DNA of 64,000 bases from Cyanophora paradoxa CCMP329 (taxonomy: Eukaryota; Plantae; Glaucophyta), in NCBI GenBank assembly GCA_004431415.1, contig QPMI01000533.1:248001-312000 (forward strand), given 5' to 3'. A program made the translations under genes and the position numbers. Below the pieces are notes generated by a model that made no database searches, had not been told where the DNA came from, and saw only the letters and a program-made list of their open reading frames with translations. This document shows, piece after piece, positions 34,812 to 46,517 of the stretch. Every line of letters begins with the position of its first letter. Positions within the stretch are counted from its first letter, which is position 1.

Positions 34812-35057
34812 CACCGTAGCTTGGTGTAGCTCAGGCCCAGGCCGGGAAGGCGCGTCTGTAATGAATCAGACCGCGCAGGATTTGGTTGAGCTGCTCGGTG
34901 CAGGGGGGCGGGAAGGCGAGGCCGCGGAGGGCCATAGAGACGTAGCGGAAGGGGTGGGGGAGGCGGCCCCTGTTATCCCACATGGCGTCCACTATGGCGT
35001 TGTGGACCACTTGCTCTGGGAGGGCGGGACGGGCCTGCGCGCACCGTTTCAGGGCCC

Positions 35058-37687
35058 TCAGCAGCCCTCGAAGATGTTGGAGTTGGCGTGCACCAGGGGG
35101 AGGGAGGGCTGGGACGGCGGCGGCGAGCCCGGGGCCGAGCCCTGGGTGGCGAGGGCCTGCGAGGGCGCCGGCTCCAGCTCCATCTCGAAGATACCGCCCT
35201 CGACGTCGACGGTCACGGGCGGCGAGGCCGGGATCGCGCCGGCCTGCTGCGTGGCGGGGACCTGAGCCGAGAAGTTCTCGAGCCGCCACTCGCGGCAGCC
35301 CTGGCACTCACCTGGACGAAGGCGGCGCGGTTGGCGACGGGCGGAGCCGAGAGGGCCTGCGCGGGGGCGTCACTCACAGAAGCCGAAGGCGCCGGCCTTG
35401 TGGGGCGGGGCGTCGGGGTCGCGGGGCGTGCTATAGGCCTCCGAGCCCTCCGATTCAGAGTCACTCACCGAGCTGAGAGGGTGCGGTGAGAAGAGGCCGA
35501 GGCGGGCCTTCTTGGCGGGCAGGAGGTGGGAGCCGTTGCGGGCGCAATCGCCGCCATGGGCGCACCTCTCTCCGTGGGTGGGGCAGAGGGCCGGGGGCGA
35601 GGGCGCCGGCACCGGCGCCTCGACGTCCCAGTCCGCCAGCTCGGGGAGGCCGTGCTCGTCGAACGCCAGCGCGGGCCGCCCGCTGAAGCCGAACGGGGCG
35701 GGGGGCGAGAGCGCGTTGTCCCCGACGCCCCAGACGGCGCTGAACGCCGCATCGTCCCAGCGCGCCTCCGCCTCCGCCTGGCCCTCGTCCCTTGCCTCGT
35801 CCACCTCCTTGGCGGAGAGCGACCCGATCTTGATGATGGAGGCCTGGATCAGCACAAACTCGCGCTGGAAGAATTGGACGAGCGGGATGGTAACTGCGGG
35901 AGAGGGGTGAGCGGGGAGAGCGCGGGGCGCAGGCCAAGGGCGGGGGCGCAGGCCAAGGGCGGGGCGGACGCACATTCGATGCCGTAGGCCACCTCCTTGA
36001 TGTAGCGGCCCCGGCGGCCGATCTCCTTGGCCAGCATGCTGCACTCCTTGCGCGCCGGGTGGCCGTGGCCCCACTCCATGGCGATCATCGCCTTCGCCAG
36101 ACGGACGCCCTCGATGTGCCACTCGTCCATCTCCGCCTCCAGCTTGGCGCAGATGCGCATCCAGAAGAAGACGCGCTTGAGCTTGTCGCGGTCGAATTCG
36201 GCGTCGCCGCTCTTGCTGCCCCAGTCGCACAGGTCCGTCTCCTCCGCCTTCTTCACCTTCTCGTACCAGCACTTGATCTTCTCCGCCTGGCGCTGGAACT
36301 CGTCCGCCCGCGCCGTGAGAACGTCCGACTCCTCCTGCGCTCCGAGGGCCCGGGGTCAGGGAGGAGAGGCGGGCTAAGCGGGGCGGCGGCGGACCGTGTG
36401 CGAGAGCTCGCCGACGATCACGGAGATGGCCGCCGAGAGGATCTCACGGGCGCGGGCCGGCCCGTTTGGGTGGCCCTCGCGCAGAACCTCCTCCAGCTTC
36501 AGCACGGCCGCCCGCGCGAGATCGCGGTGGCGCTGGCGGGTCTCGTCGCTCCGGCCCTGATCCACGAGAAGCTGGAGCTGGGCCGCATGCCGGAGTCGCA
36601 GACGCTGGCGTACTTCCGAAGGGCCGCGCAGGAGAGCACCTTCTGCACGCTGACCAGCCAGTACGCGTAGCCCAGCGGGCTCTCCGCGCTCGGGTTCTCT
36701 CCGACCTGCGGACGCGACCTTAGCGCGCGCAGGGGCAGGGGAAAGGGGAAAGGGCGGGCTCTCGCGCACGTAAATGTCATCGGCGCAGGAGAGGAACATG
36801 TGATCAACGACGTCGAAGAAGCCGCCGGACGGGAGCGTGCCGACGCCGTGGTACGCGCCTTGGATGGTCTCGCCGGCGCAGATGCCGGCCTGGACGGTGA
36901 CGGTGTACTGCGAGGCCGGCGGCCCCTCCTTGACGTAGACGAAGTTGAGGTCGTACTTCTTGGCGTACGTCGGGTTGATGCGCTTGGTGACGATGACGTA
37001 ATCGCACCGAACGCCGAGGCCGGACGGGCTGGCCTTCTCCTTCTCCGTCACCGACGCCAGGCACTGATCCCGCGCGATCAAGAGCTGCGGCGGCCCGCGC
37101 GTGAGCAAGCGCGGGCACGCGAGCGCAGGGAAGGGCCCTCACCCCTAAGGCGCCGCCGCTGCCGGATTTGAGGTCCGCGAGGAACTCCTTCTGCTCCGGA
37201 GTGCCGGAGAAGATCGCGCGCGGATGGAAATCGCGATGGAGCGCGATGCTGTTGAAGCAGCCCGCCGCCGCATTGTCGGACATCAGCAACAGCGCCACAT
37301 CGCCGTGCGTGAAGCCGTACTTCGCCTTCACATACTCCGGCAGCTCGTGAATGCTGTAAGGCACGATCTGCGCGCGGGGCACGCGAGCCGGGGCATGTGA
37401 GCCGGGGCCGAAGCGGTGCGGGCGAAACCGCGAACCTCGTTGAACTTATTAACCGGCGTGAACTGGCCCTTGGTCTTCAAGCGCTTCGGGTGGCCGTCCG
37501 TGTTCTGGATCTTCTTCAGCCCGCCGAACGGCTCGAAGCGCGGCACGCCGGCCGAGTTGAACACGCTATCGCAGGTCATCGCGTTGAGCGCCTCCTCCGC
37601 TGACAGGCTGCCGAGATCGCGGGCTATGCTGTCCTGCTCGCCGGGCTGCTGCTGCTTCGCGCAGGAGCGGAAGGTCGCCGCCTGCAT
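35058..37687 (-). CDS. Multi-exon viral hypothetical protein (possibly two genes), divergent from the helicase gene
   Basis: Coding-biased segments in changing frames (37687-37437, ~37368-37145, ~37086-36770, ~36337-35975, ~35895-35468, ~35261-35058) separated by short GT-AG introns. Confidence 0.55.
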
Positions 37688-37992
37688 CGCGAGTGTTACT
37701 GCCCGCGATGTCTCAACGGATTCCGTTCAACGTCGTACCCCCGCTGGCTTGTTCCCTCCCCAACTCGCGAAGACTCAGACTTGAAGCCCGCTTCCCCCCC
37801 CCCCTCAAAATGCGTACCCCCCTTGGGCTCGAACCCCGGTCGGTTTCTCGCTTTTTTGACTGCCCAGTCCGGCGATGCAATGCAGGCCGCTCGTTCAAAT
37901 CGGCTGGGACCTTGGCGCCAGAACCTTCGCAGCGCGCGCAGCACTCCCAGCAGAGCGCGCGCAGCACCGGCGGCAGCATCGGCGGCAGCAGC

Positions 37993-40900
37993 ATGTCTCG
38001 GCTCGCGCTCCCTCCGGAGATCCCGGCTAAGCTGGCGAAGAACACGCTGTACGACGTTCTCTGCGTCGGCGACAGCTTCGGCGTCGATTGGACGGTGTTC
38101 GAGGCCGGTATCAGCGACCAGGCGAAGGAGGCGCAGGCGCGTGCGCTGGAGGATGGCATGCAGTTCAGCCCGAACAGCAAGGATGTGCTGCGCAAGACCG
38201 AGCTGGCCGAGCGCAAGCGCAAGCTGGCCGCGGCGCGGACCTTGAACCTCGAGGGCGCCCCCGGCCCGTCGGTGCAGTTCTCCATCGACTCCGTCCTGTC
38301 GCGGCTGCGGCTCGCGGAGGTGCTCGCTGCCTCTTTCTCCCTCGCGCGCCCGGCTCGCAGCGGCTGAGGCGCCGCCGCGCTCGCAGGACGCGGACGTGCG
38401 GGCGATGCACGCGGCGCTGAACATGACGGAGGAGAACTTCGACACACCGAGCAAGCCGAAGCCCGGGCGGGATGCCGACGCCCGCCGGCTGTTCGCGGCG
38501 CAGCGCCTGCGGCTGCTCATGGGCGCCGTGCCCCGGCACATCGCCAAGGGCGAGTGGCGCACGATTGGCCTGCTGGCGGGCCCGGAGGAGTTCTACTTCA
38601 ACCGCATGGCGGAGGCGGCCCCGCACCTGCTCTGGCTGCTGGTGCTCAGCTCGGACCCGGCCTACACGCCCGAGGTGCGCCCCCGGCCGCCCGTGCCCCC
38701 TCCCCGCCGACCCCCGCCGGCCCGCAGAGGCTGGCGAAGGGCATCATGGGCGTCGAGGCGCGCTGCATCATGCGGAACAGCCGCGCGTTCATCACGCGCC
38801 ACGAGAGCTCGGCGGTCTGGGGCGAGCGGCCGGACACCGGCGTCCTCACCGACGCCTACGCCATCCGCATCGTGCTGGAGGCGGCCTGCCGGACGTGCCG
38901 GGACCGCCACGGGCGCCAGGGCATCTGCGCCTTCGACCTGGTTCCTGAGTTCGAGGTGCCCGGCGTCACCATCGGCGACCGCGTGCAGGTGCGCCGTTTC
39001 CAGCCGTTTCTATTCGGATGCCATTTAGATGCTATTTAGACTATTTAGATGCCATTTAAACCCCCTCGCAGGTCATCCGCCGGTGCTCGATGCCGGACTC
39101 GCACGGGCGCCCCATGATCCACGGCGCCGTGAAGTACGTGGTGCCGCGGCGCACCCTCGCCCTCACCTTCTTCGTCCCCGTCTTCGACAAGGCGGCCGCC
39201 GCCGCCGCCGCCGCCGCCTCCCGCCCCCGCCCCATGCTCGCGGCCGCGGAGTCCTCGGATTCCGACTCGGATTCCGAGGCGGAGCGCGAGGCCGAGGCCG
39301 CCGCCGCGGCCCGGGCGCTGGACTTCACGGAGGAGGAGCTGGAGCGGGCGCGGAGCCTGCCGCGCGCCGGCCAGGCGATGGCCGCGGCCTTCCAGGCGGC
39401 GATCGGCGAGGCGACGGCCTCCGCCTCGGGCGCCCGGGCCGGCGGCAGCACGATCACGGCGGAGGGCCTCGCGCGCGCCATGCGCGTGGCCCAGGCCCAG
39501 GCCCAGGCGAAGGGCAAGGGCAAGGGCAAGGCCGCCTACATCGACCTGCGGTTCGAGGAGGAGGAGGCGGGTGCCCCGGCGGCGCGGCGCGATCTCGGCG
39601 AGGAGATGGAGGCGGCGGCCCCCCAGCCGACCGGTGCGCCCTCCCCGCCCCTAATTTCTGAGCCTAGGGCGTTCCAGAGGCGCCAAGGAATGACCCTGCC
39701 CTCAGAGGAGGAGCTGGAGGCCGAGCGCGAGATGGAGGAGGAGGCCGCGCTGGCGGCGGCGGCGGACGCGAAGGCCTCGCGCGAGCTGGAGGTGGCAGAG
39801 GAGTACGCGATGGAGCTGGAGCGCGAGCGCGAGCGCGAGGGCGAGCCCGATGCGGAGCTGGCGGCGACGGTGGAGGCGGGGGCGGGGGACACCTTCGAGC
39901 CCGAGCCCCCCGTCGACGAGTTCTACCCCCTCCCGCCCTCCCCCTCCCTCGAGGGCGCCCCGCCGCCGCCCGTGGAGGAGTTCTCGGACGACGAGCCCGG
40001 CGACGCGGGCCCCGCGCCGCCCCTCGCCTCGCCCCGCCGCCCGCCCGCCCCCGTGCCCCCGCCAGCCCCGCCGCCTCCGACGTCTCCTGGCGCCCGAGCG
40101 GCAACCCCTCGGCCTTCAGTCCCTTCCGCCCCTCGCAGCCCTCGCAGCGCCCGCCGCCCTCCGTCCAGGGTACCCCCTCGCCCGCCCCATCCCCTCGCCG
40201 CCGCGGGGCACGCCCGTCGCCACGCCCGCCTCCTCCCTCGGCCACATGCCCCCTCCGCCCCCTCCGGCCCCCCGCGCCGGCCGCCTCTCCCGCCGGGCCC
40301 AGCAGCGGCGCGAGCGCGAGCGGCAGCTGCTGCGCGATCAGCGGGCGGAGGCGGAGGCGGACCACGACGACGGCCAGGCGTCGGAGAGCGACGGCGAGCC
40401 GCCGCGCGCCACCAGGCTGGAGCTGGCGCGTGCGGAGCTGGCGGCGCAGCCGCGCGAGGCGCCCGAGATCGACATGTCCAAGTACGACGACGTGACAACG
40501 TACAGCAAGGACAACAAGTCCAAGAAGGAGGCGGCCATTCAGGATGCGCTCCGCCTCTTCGTCAAGAACAACGTGCGCCCCGCCCCCCTTAGCTGCGCGC
40601 CCCGCCCCCTTAGAGGCCGGAGGCGGCCGTGGCCCAGCTGCTTAAGGCGCTGGGCCCGGGCCGCCTTCGGCCGGTGCGCCCCCCCTCCCCGCGTTCGAAC
40701 CCCGCTAACCCCCTTTTGCCGGCGCAGCGGATCGTGCGCCAGAGACCCTACGGCCCGAACTCCCCGCCCACCTTCTACGTCGAGCTCCCGAACCTCTTCG
40801 TGTACGACAAGGTCAGCGCGAACAGGCACGCAGGGCGCGGGACGATGAAGGAGGTCATCCAGCTGCTGGCGATGACCTTCCACAAGACCTACGAGTCCAA

Positions 40901-43187
40901 CCCCGGCTCCTTCGAGTTCACCTTCTCGAAGGAGGTGCTCTCGGGGCGGACGCGCACGTTCGTGGAGGAGTCCCTCCAGCTCGAGGACGTCTGCCCCGAG
41001 ATGCCCGTCATCCCGGCTTCGCCTTCGCCTGCGACACGCGTGCGCCGCCCGTACCCCTGCGCCCCGCCCCGTACCCCCGCCGACGCCCCTTGCGCAGATT
41101 TCGTGGTGCGGGCGCCGCAGGACAGCACGGGCAGCGCCTGCGTCCTCGTCATGACGCACGAGGAGGCACGGGAGCGGTACGCGGGCTACATGAACACCTG
41201 CTACATCCAGGGGCGCCTGCCCGCGGGCATCGAGGAGGCGACCGAGACCTGCGACTGGCCCACCGTGTACGGCATGCTGCACCCCTTCATGCCCAACGTC
41301 GTCAAGCACCTGGCGGACAACGGCTACGTGACGGCCGACGAGTTCGGCTACGCGGCGGCCGTCCTCTACGCCTTCAACCTCGTCGGGCCGTGGAACTTCT
41401 GCGACAAGCCCGTCTTCGACCGGGAGCCGCGCGCGGAGATGGAGCCGCCGTCCGAGGGCGCCATGCTGCAGTACTGCGGCATCATCAAGGGCCAGTCGGG
41501 CACAGGCAAGTCGATGGTGACGCAGATCATGACGGAGTGCCTGCCGCCAAGCCGCGTCTGCGTCTACCGCCCCTCCAAGGGCTCGGCCTTCTCGGAGCAC
41601 GGCGGCGAGGAGGCGATCTGCATGGTGATGGCGGAGGGCCTCGACCCGCGGGCCTGCTCGGAGGAGGAGCTCAAGATGCGCTCCGGCGACGCCTACTCCC
41701 GCAACTTCAAGAACGTCCGCGGCGACGATGTGCGCACCAAGGCGACGCGCAAGGTGCTTGTCATCGTCTGCAACAGCTTCCCGCAGGTGCGCCCGTTCCC
41801 CTTCCCCTCCTTCTCCCCGGCGCCCTTTCTCACCTGCCCCGGCGCAGCTCGAGAACCGCATGCTCGAGTTCTTCGCCCGCGTCGTCCTCATCCCCCTCGA
41901 CCACAAGCCGGCCAAGAAGCGCACCTACCTCCACTCCGACATCCGCGAGAACGAGCTGCCGGCGCTCATGGTCGCGGCCTTCACCTTCGCGTGGAAGATC
42001 ATCCACGCGCTCTCCGACGGCAAGGCCTCCTGCATCCAGGCCTTCGAGCCGGCGTGGCTGCGGGCGCAGCGCCTCGGCTTCTGGCAGGAGACGACCAAGT
42101 GCCCCCTCACCCGCTTCATCGTCACCCACTGCGCCGTCGACCCCACCACGTACGTCGCCGCCCCGAACACGGAGGGCTGGATGACGAGCGTCGCGGGCAT
42201 CGTCGAGTACATCGCGCGCACGGAGGGCCCCGACACCGCCGCCGCCGTCGGCGCCGACATCGAGAACGGCCGGCAGGACGAGACCCTCGCCGGCTTCGGC
42301 TCCTCGTGCCGCCTCTACTCCTACAAGCTCGGCGGCGTCTGGCAGACCTACATCCGCGGCATCGTCCCCAAGGCCCCGCTCTCCCTCGGCGAGAGCCAGC
42401 CGGCGCTGGAGGCGATCGCGATCCCCGTCGCGCAGTTCAAGGACCCGGTGGCCGACGTCGGGCCCTTCCTCGTCCAGCCCCACACCAAGGGCAAGGGCAA
42501 GCGCACCCGCAACTCGGCGCCGGCCTTCCTCCCGCCCCAGCCCCCCGCCACGGCCCCCCAGCAGCGCCCCGGCCAGCAGCGCATCGACGAGATGCTGCCG
42601 CGCCAGGTCCGGCCCCGCGTACCCCCCGCCTTCCCTGTACCCCTCCTCCCCTCGCCCCCCTCCTGATCCAAGGGCAGGGTACCCCGACGAACGGCGGCGC
42701 GGGCCCGAGCGGCTACGGGAGCTCGGCCTCCTCCGCGAGCGCCGACGGCCCCAGCCCCGTCCCCGGCCCCGGCGCCGTCCCCGGCCCCGGCGCCGTCCTC
42801 ACCGCGATCCAGGGCTTCGGGGCCCAGCAGGAGGCCGAGCGGCGGGCGCTGGCGGCGCGCCAGGCGCGCGAGGCGGAGGAGCGGCGCCAGGGCCTCTGGG
42901 CCCAGCGCCTGCAGGCCACCATCGCCTTCCGCGCCGAGCTGGACTCCGGCTTCCGCGCCGGCCAGATCGCCGGGGCGGAGGCCTCGGAGCGCTGGCGGGC
43001 GTTCGAGGCGGAGTCGGCGGGGCTGGCGAAGGGCCTCGGCTACAGCTACCGGCGCGTGCCCGTGCTCAAGGACTACGCGTCGGCCGCGGCGCTGGAGGCC
43101 TCGCGGGCGGAGATCGACGCGGCGGAGGAGCAGGCGGCGCGCGAGGAGGCCGAGGACCAGGCGCGCTTCCGGCACCTGCACCACTGA
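37993..43187 (+). CDS. Large multi-exon replication protein with D5-like superfamily 3 helicase domain
   Basis: Walker A GQSGTGKS, Walker B MVMAE, motif C VIVCN, Arg finger FFARVVLIP; introns 38320-38386, 38675-38727, 38989-39071, ~40573-40727, ~41787-41848 join reading frames. Confidence 0.85.
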
Positions 43188-43246
43188 GGCCCCCGAGGCC
43201 CCCGAGGCGGTATTTTTTCTCAACCCTCCCTCAATTCGGTCCCGCG

Positions 43247-43435
43247 ATGGCCTTCGAAGCTTATCCTGCCCATTACTCGCTAGGAGCGCTGGCCGCGACC
43301 CTCACCTGGCTCCTCGGCGGCACCCCCACGGCCTCGGCGGTCATAGGCGTGGGCTTCGGCTACGCCGCCAAGTCCCTCTACGCCCCCGGCGGCGCCTCGC
43401 AGGCGGCGGCCGGCATGCGCCCCGCCGGGCGCTAA
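43247..43435 (+). CDS. Small viral membrane protein
   Basis: 62 aa with two hydrophobic segments; TTTTCTCA upstream. Confidence 0.6.
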   Translation: MAFEAYPAHYSLGALAATLTWLLGGTPTASAVIGVGFGYAAKSLYAPGGASQAAAGMRPAGR

Positions 43436-43530
43436 CTTTTCAAAGTTCATTCTCCCCTCCCCCTTTTCCGAGTTCCGAGTCCGTTGGCGTTCCCTTTTAA
43501 ATTTTCTTCATTCTCGTTACACGTTCGAAG

Positions 43531-44009
43531 ATGTCGAGCGCGGTAGAGAAGCTGCTGTGCACCGTGTTCAAATCGGATTCGCGATGCAGCAAGATCGGCG
43601 AGGCGGCGAGGGCTAAGGGTGGGCGGCGGCGGAGGGGCCCAGGGTGAAGGCGGCGGATCCCGCGCCGCCGTCGCTGAAAACGATCAAGGGGGCGGGCAAG
43701 GGCAGGAGCGTGGGGGCGCTGCCCCTCGTGGCGATCGCGCCGGGGCAGAGGGAGGCGGCGCACGCGGCGACGGCGGCGCTGGCCGCGCGGCGCCAGGCGG
43801 AGGCCTACCCGTGCCTGGGCCAGGGGCTGCACCCGCCGGCCGGCCGCCCCTACGCCGTGAGCGCCTACTTCGACGAGGCCAACCGGCTGAGCTGCCAGGA
43901 GCTGTGCGACAACCGCATGCGGCGCGCCGTGGACGGGCACCTGCCGCTGCTGGTGGCGCTGGGCGGCTCGCTCCTGATGGTCTGGTACCTGCGCGGCCTG
44001 GTCATTTAG
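43531..44009 (+). CDS. Viral membrane protein with C-terminal TM, frameshifted near 43620
   Basis: ATG 43531 after AT-rich motif; frame breaks in G-runs and resumes in ORF 43644-44009 ending LLVALGGSLLMVWYL. Confidence 0.55.
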
Positions 44010-44046
44010 ATAGTTTTTCGAAACCCCGGTTGGAAGCTAGCCAAGG

Positions 44047-44382
44047 ATGAGCTGGCTCGATGCGCTGCTCACGAAGACCTTCGGCCCCAAGGGCCAGCCG
44101 CGCCTGCAGTTCGGCGAGATCAACGCGGCGATTGGCGCCACGGTGGAGACGAAGAACCGAGAGAACGTCCTGCGCGGCGACGGAGGCGCGTGGGCCGACA
44201 TTGCGGCGGGCGCCCTGGGCTCCGCGCTCACCGCACCGGGCAAGGCGGGCCGCGCGCTGACGGACGGGGCCGAGCGCTTCTGGCACTGGCTCAAGGTGGC
44301 CGTTGTCATCGCCGCAGCGGTTGTGGCGGGTCTGCTGGTGCTCGAGGCTCGCGCGCTATTTTCTAAACGCCAGGTAAACTGA
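44047..44382 (+). CDS. Viral membrane protein with C-terminal TM
   Basis: 111 aa; VAVVIAAAVVAGLLVL. Confidence 0.7.
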   Translation: MSWLDALLTKTFGPKGQPRLQFGEINAAIGATVETKNRENVLRGDGGAWADIAAGALGSALTAPGKAGRALTDGAERFWHWLKVAVVIAAAVVAGLLVLEARALFSKRQVN

Positions 44383-44389
44383 GCGAACC

Positions 44390-44767
44390 ATGCCCCGCGG
44401 CGGCTCTTCCCCCCGTGTTTCCTTCGCTGAGAACCCAGTGGCGAACGCAGCGGACGGTACCCCCCTGGAGCCCGGAGTGAAGCTGGAGCGCGCGAACGCA
44501 GTCTCCACCAAGAAGGCCAAGCGCGCGCTGGCGCTGGAGGTCCCGGTCGCGGAGGATACGGAGAAGGTTGCATTCAACAAGCGCAAGACGTACAAGGCGA
44601 TACGCGAGGGACAGCTGCTGCCCACGGACTCGGTTCCCGGGCTGCCGGGCACCACGGCCGGCGAGCTCCTAGTGCGCAACCTGCGCCTGCAGTACGTCTC
44701 CCGCCTCCGCCGCTCCAAGGCCAAGAAGGCGCGCCTGGACTCGGGCGATAGCAGCTCTAGCTCGTAG
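44390..44767 (+). CDS. Viral basic hypothetical protein
   Basis: 125 aa ATG ORF with coding bias; TTTTCTAA upstream. Confidence 0.7.
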   Translation: MPRGGSSPRVSFAENPVANAADGTPLEPGVKLERANAVSTKKAKRALALEVPVAEDTEKVAFNKRKTYKAIREGQLLPTDSVPGLPGTTAGELLVRNLRLQYVSRLRRSKAKKARLDSGDSSSSS

Positions 44768-44794
44768 GGCTCTGTACTGTTGTATTCAATGCCT

Positions 44795-45079
44795 TTACCA
44801 GTTCCTGTTCCTATCCCAGAGCACGACTCGGGTGAAGGGCACGGTCATAGCGAACATGAACTCGGCGAACTTGGCAAAGTTCATCAGGGTTCCCAGGCGG
44901 GGATCCTCCCAGTAGATCGCCTCGCGCAGCGCCTCGTAGACGCGCATGAGGGAGCGCTCGTTCTCCGTCGCGAAGGCGTCGCCGGGCTCGTCGGGGTCGG
45001 GATCCGTGAGCTCGGAGTACTCGTCCGAGCTGCCCGCGCTCTCGGCACCTGCGGCGGGGTCGGGCGAGGGGTCGGGCAT
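44795..45079 (-). CDS. Viral hypothetical protein, acidic N-terminus
   Basis: 94 aa ORF tiling with neighbours. Confidence 0.65.
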   Translation of the reverse strand: MPDPSPDPAAGAESAGSSDEYSELTDPDPDEPGDAFATENERSLMRVYEALREAIYWEDPRLGTLMNFAKFAEFMFAMTVPFTRVVLWDRNRNW

Positions 45080-45105
45080 TCTCTACTAGTAGAGGGGCCA
45101 GAAAA

Positions 45106-45447
45106 TCACGGGCGCCGGAACTCCATCGAGTCGCCGCGCCAGTACTTGTTGCCGGAGGCGAGCAGCTTCATCGGCTCGCCCGTCGAATCGTGCTTCCAGG
45201 CCTCGCCGTCCCAGAGGGCCGTGCCGCCGTCCTCTAGCTTGAGGCGGTGGCCCGGCTCGAGACGGTTGCCGTCGAGCATGCGGCCGGCCATGAGCGCCAG
45301 GTCCCACTCGGTGAGGTTGCGCTGCTCTGCGGGGGTGAGGCCGCGCTCGACGCGCTCGGGCTGGCGCGCCTCGCGCTCCATGCGGCTGAGGCCTACCAGG
45401 AAGAAGATGGGCAACGCAAAGGCCATGAGATCTAGCAGGGCCTCCAT
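45106..45447 (-). CDS. Viral hypothetical protein with N-terminal TM
   Basis: 113 aa; TTTTCTAA upstream; hydrophobic N-terminus. Confidence 0.65.
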   Translation of the reverse strand: MEALLDLMAFALPIFFLVGLSRMEREARQPERVERGLTPAEQRNLTEWDLALMAGRMLDGNRLEPGHRLKLEDGGTALWDGEAWKHDSTGEPMKLLASGNKYWRGDSMEFRRP

Positions 45448-45458
45448 TGAGGAGGGAC

Positions 45459-45746
45459 TTAGAAAAGGTTCCGGACCAGGCCCGAGAGCTGCGGGCCCAG
45501 GCGCCGGGCGGCGTAGTAGAGCGCGGCCGCCGCCGCCGCAAGGATCAGCAGGCGCGGCGGGCCGCGCGCCGGCTCCTCCAGCGTCAGGTCCACGGTCTCC
45601 GGCCCGCGCGCCGGAGCCGCCAGGATCTCGGGCTCGGAGCAGAGGGACTTGGGCCCGTGGCGGCGGCGCTGCTTGGGCGCCGAGGCGGCGGCGGTGAGAA
45701 GGTCCTCAGGCTCCTGCTTGATACCTGCGCAGTCAGCAAAGTCCAT
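45459..45746 (-). CDS. Viral hypothetical protein with C-terminal TM
   Basis: Start MDFADC at 45746; LLILAAAAAALYYAA. Confidence 0.6.
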   Translation of the reverse strand: MDFADCAGIKQEPEDLLTAAASAPKQRRRHGPKSLCSEPEILAAPARGPETVDLTLEEPARGPPRLLILAAAAAALYYAARRLGPQLSGLVRNLF

Positions 45747-45814
45747 GCTTGCTGGGTACCTTGGAAAATTGTGGGAGGCGTCCGGAGTGTGCGAACGTAG
45801 CTCCAATGGGATTT

Positions 45815-46517
45815 GCGTCATTTACGTCCGCGTCATTTACGTCACGGAGTTTGCCGGCGACTCGGGACTCGGGCCCAACTTCTCCCGGTAAGTTCGAGAC
45901 TTGAACTCGGCGGGGGTACCCCCGGTGTCCTAGTGTCCTAGTGTCCTAGTGTCCTAGTGTCCTAGTGTCCTAGTGTCCTAGTGTCCTAGTGCTACTAGCT
46001 AGGTGGTATCGATATCTAGCTAGCTAGCGCTAGCGCTTGCTTAATTAATTAACCTGAAGGGTCGCGTCATTTACGTCCGCGTCATTTACGTCACGGAGTT
46101 TGCCGGCGACTCGGGACTCGGGCCCAACTTCTCCCGGTAAGTTCGTCACGACCAGTAGCTACTAGTACCGCTAGTACTACGTAGTACTACTTAGTACTAC
46201 TTGGTACTACTTGGTACTACTAGCTTAGTACTAGTAGCCACCGATACTGGTACAGCTTTTATAGATTTAAGCATTCATTCAATGTGAATAACGATAATAG
46301 TAATAATAATAACGATAAGTAATAGGGATACCCTATTTTTCCAAGTCTCGAACTTACCGGGAGAAGTTGGGCCCGAGTCCCGAGTCGCCGGCAAACTCCG
46401 TGACGTAAATGACGCGGACGTAAATGACGCGACCCTTCGGTAACCTCCGCAACCCTTCAGGTAAATGTCAGGTAACTTCAGTTGAGTTAATTAAGCAAGC
46501 GCTAGCTAGCTAGATAT
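45815..46517. repeat. Complex non-coding repeat region; candidate replication origin or terminal junction
   Basis: ~82-bp unit at 45815 and 46064 (direct) and 46342-46430 (inverted); outer inverted repeat 46010/46517; (GTGTCCTA)x8 at 45925-45988; AT-rich core ~46255-46340. Confidence 0.85.

Noticed and set aside
45815-46517. CRISPR-like array
   Set aside because: Repeats are long, mixed in orientation, and lack regular unique spacers or cas genes
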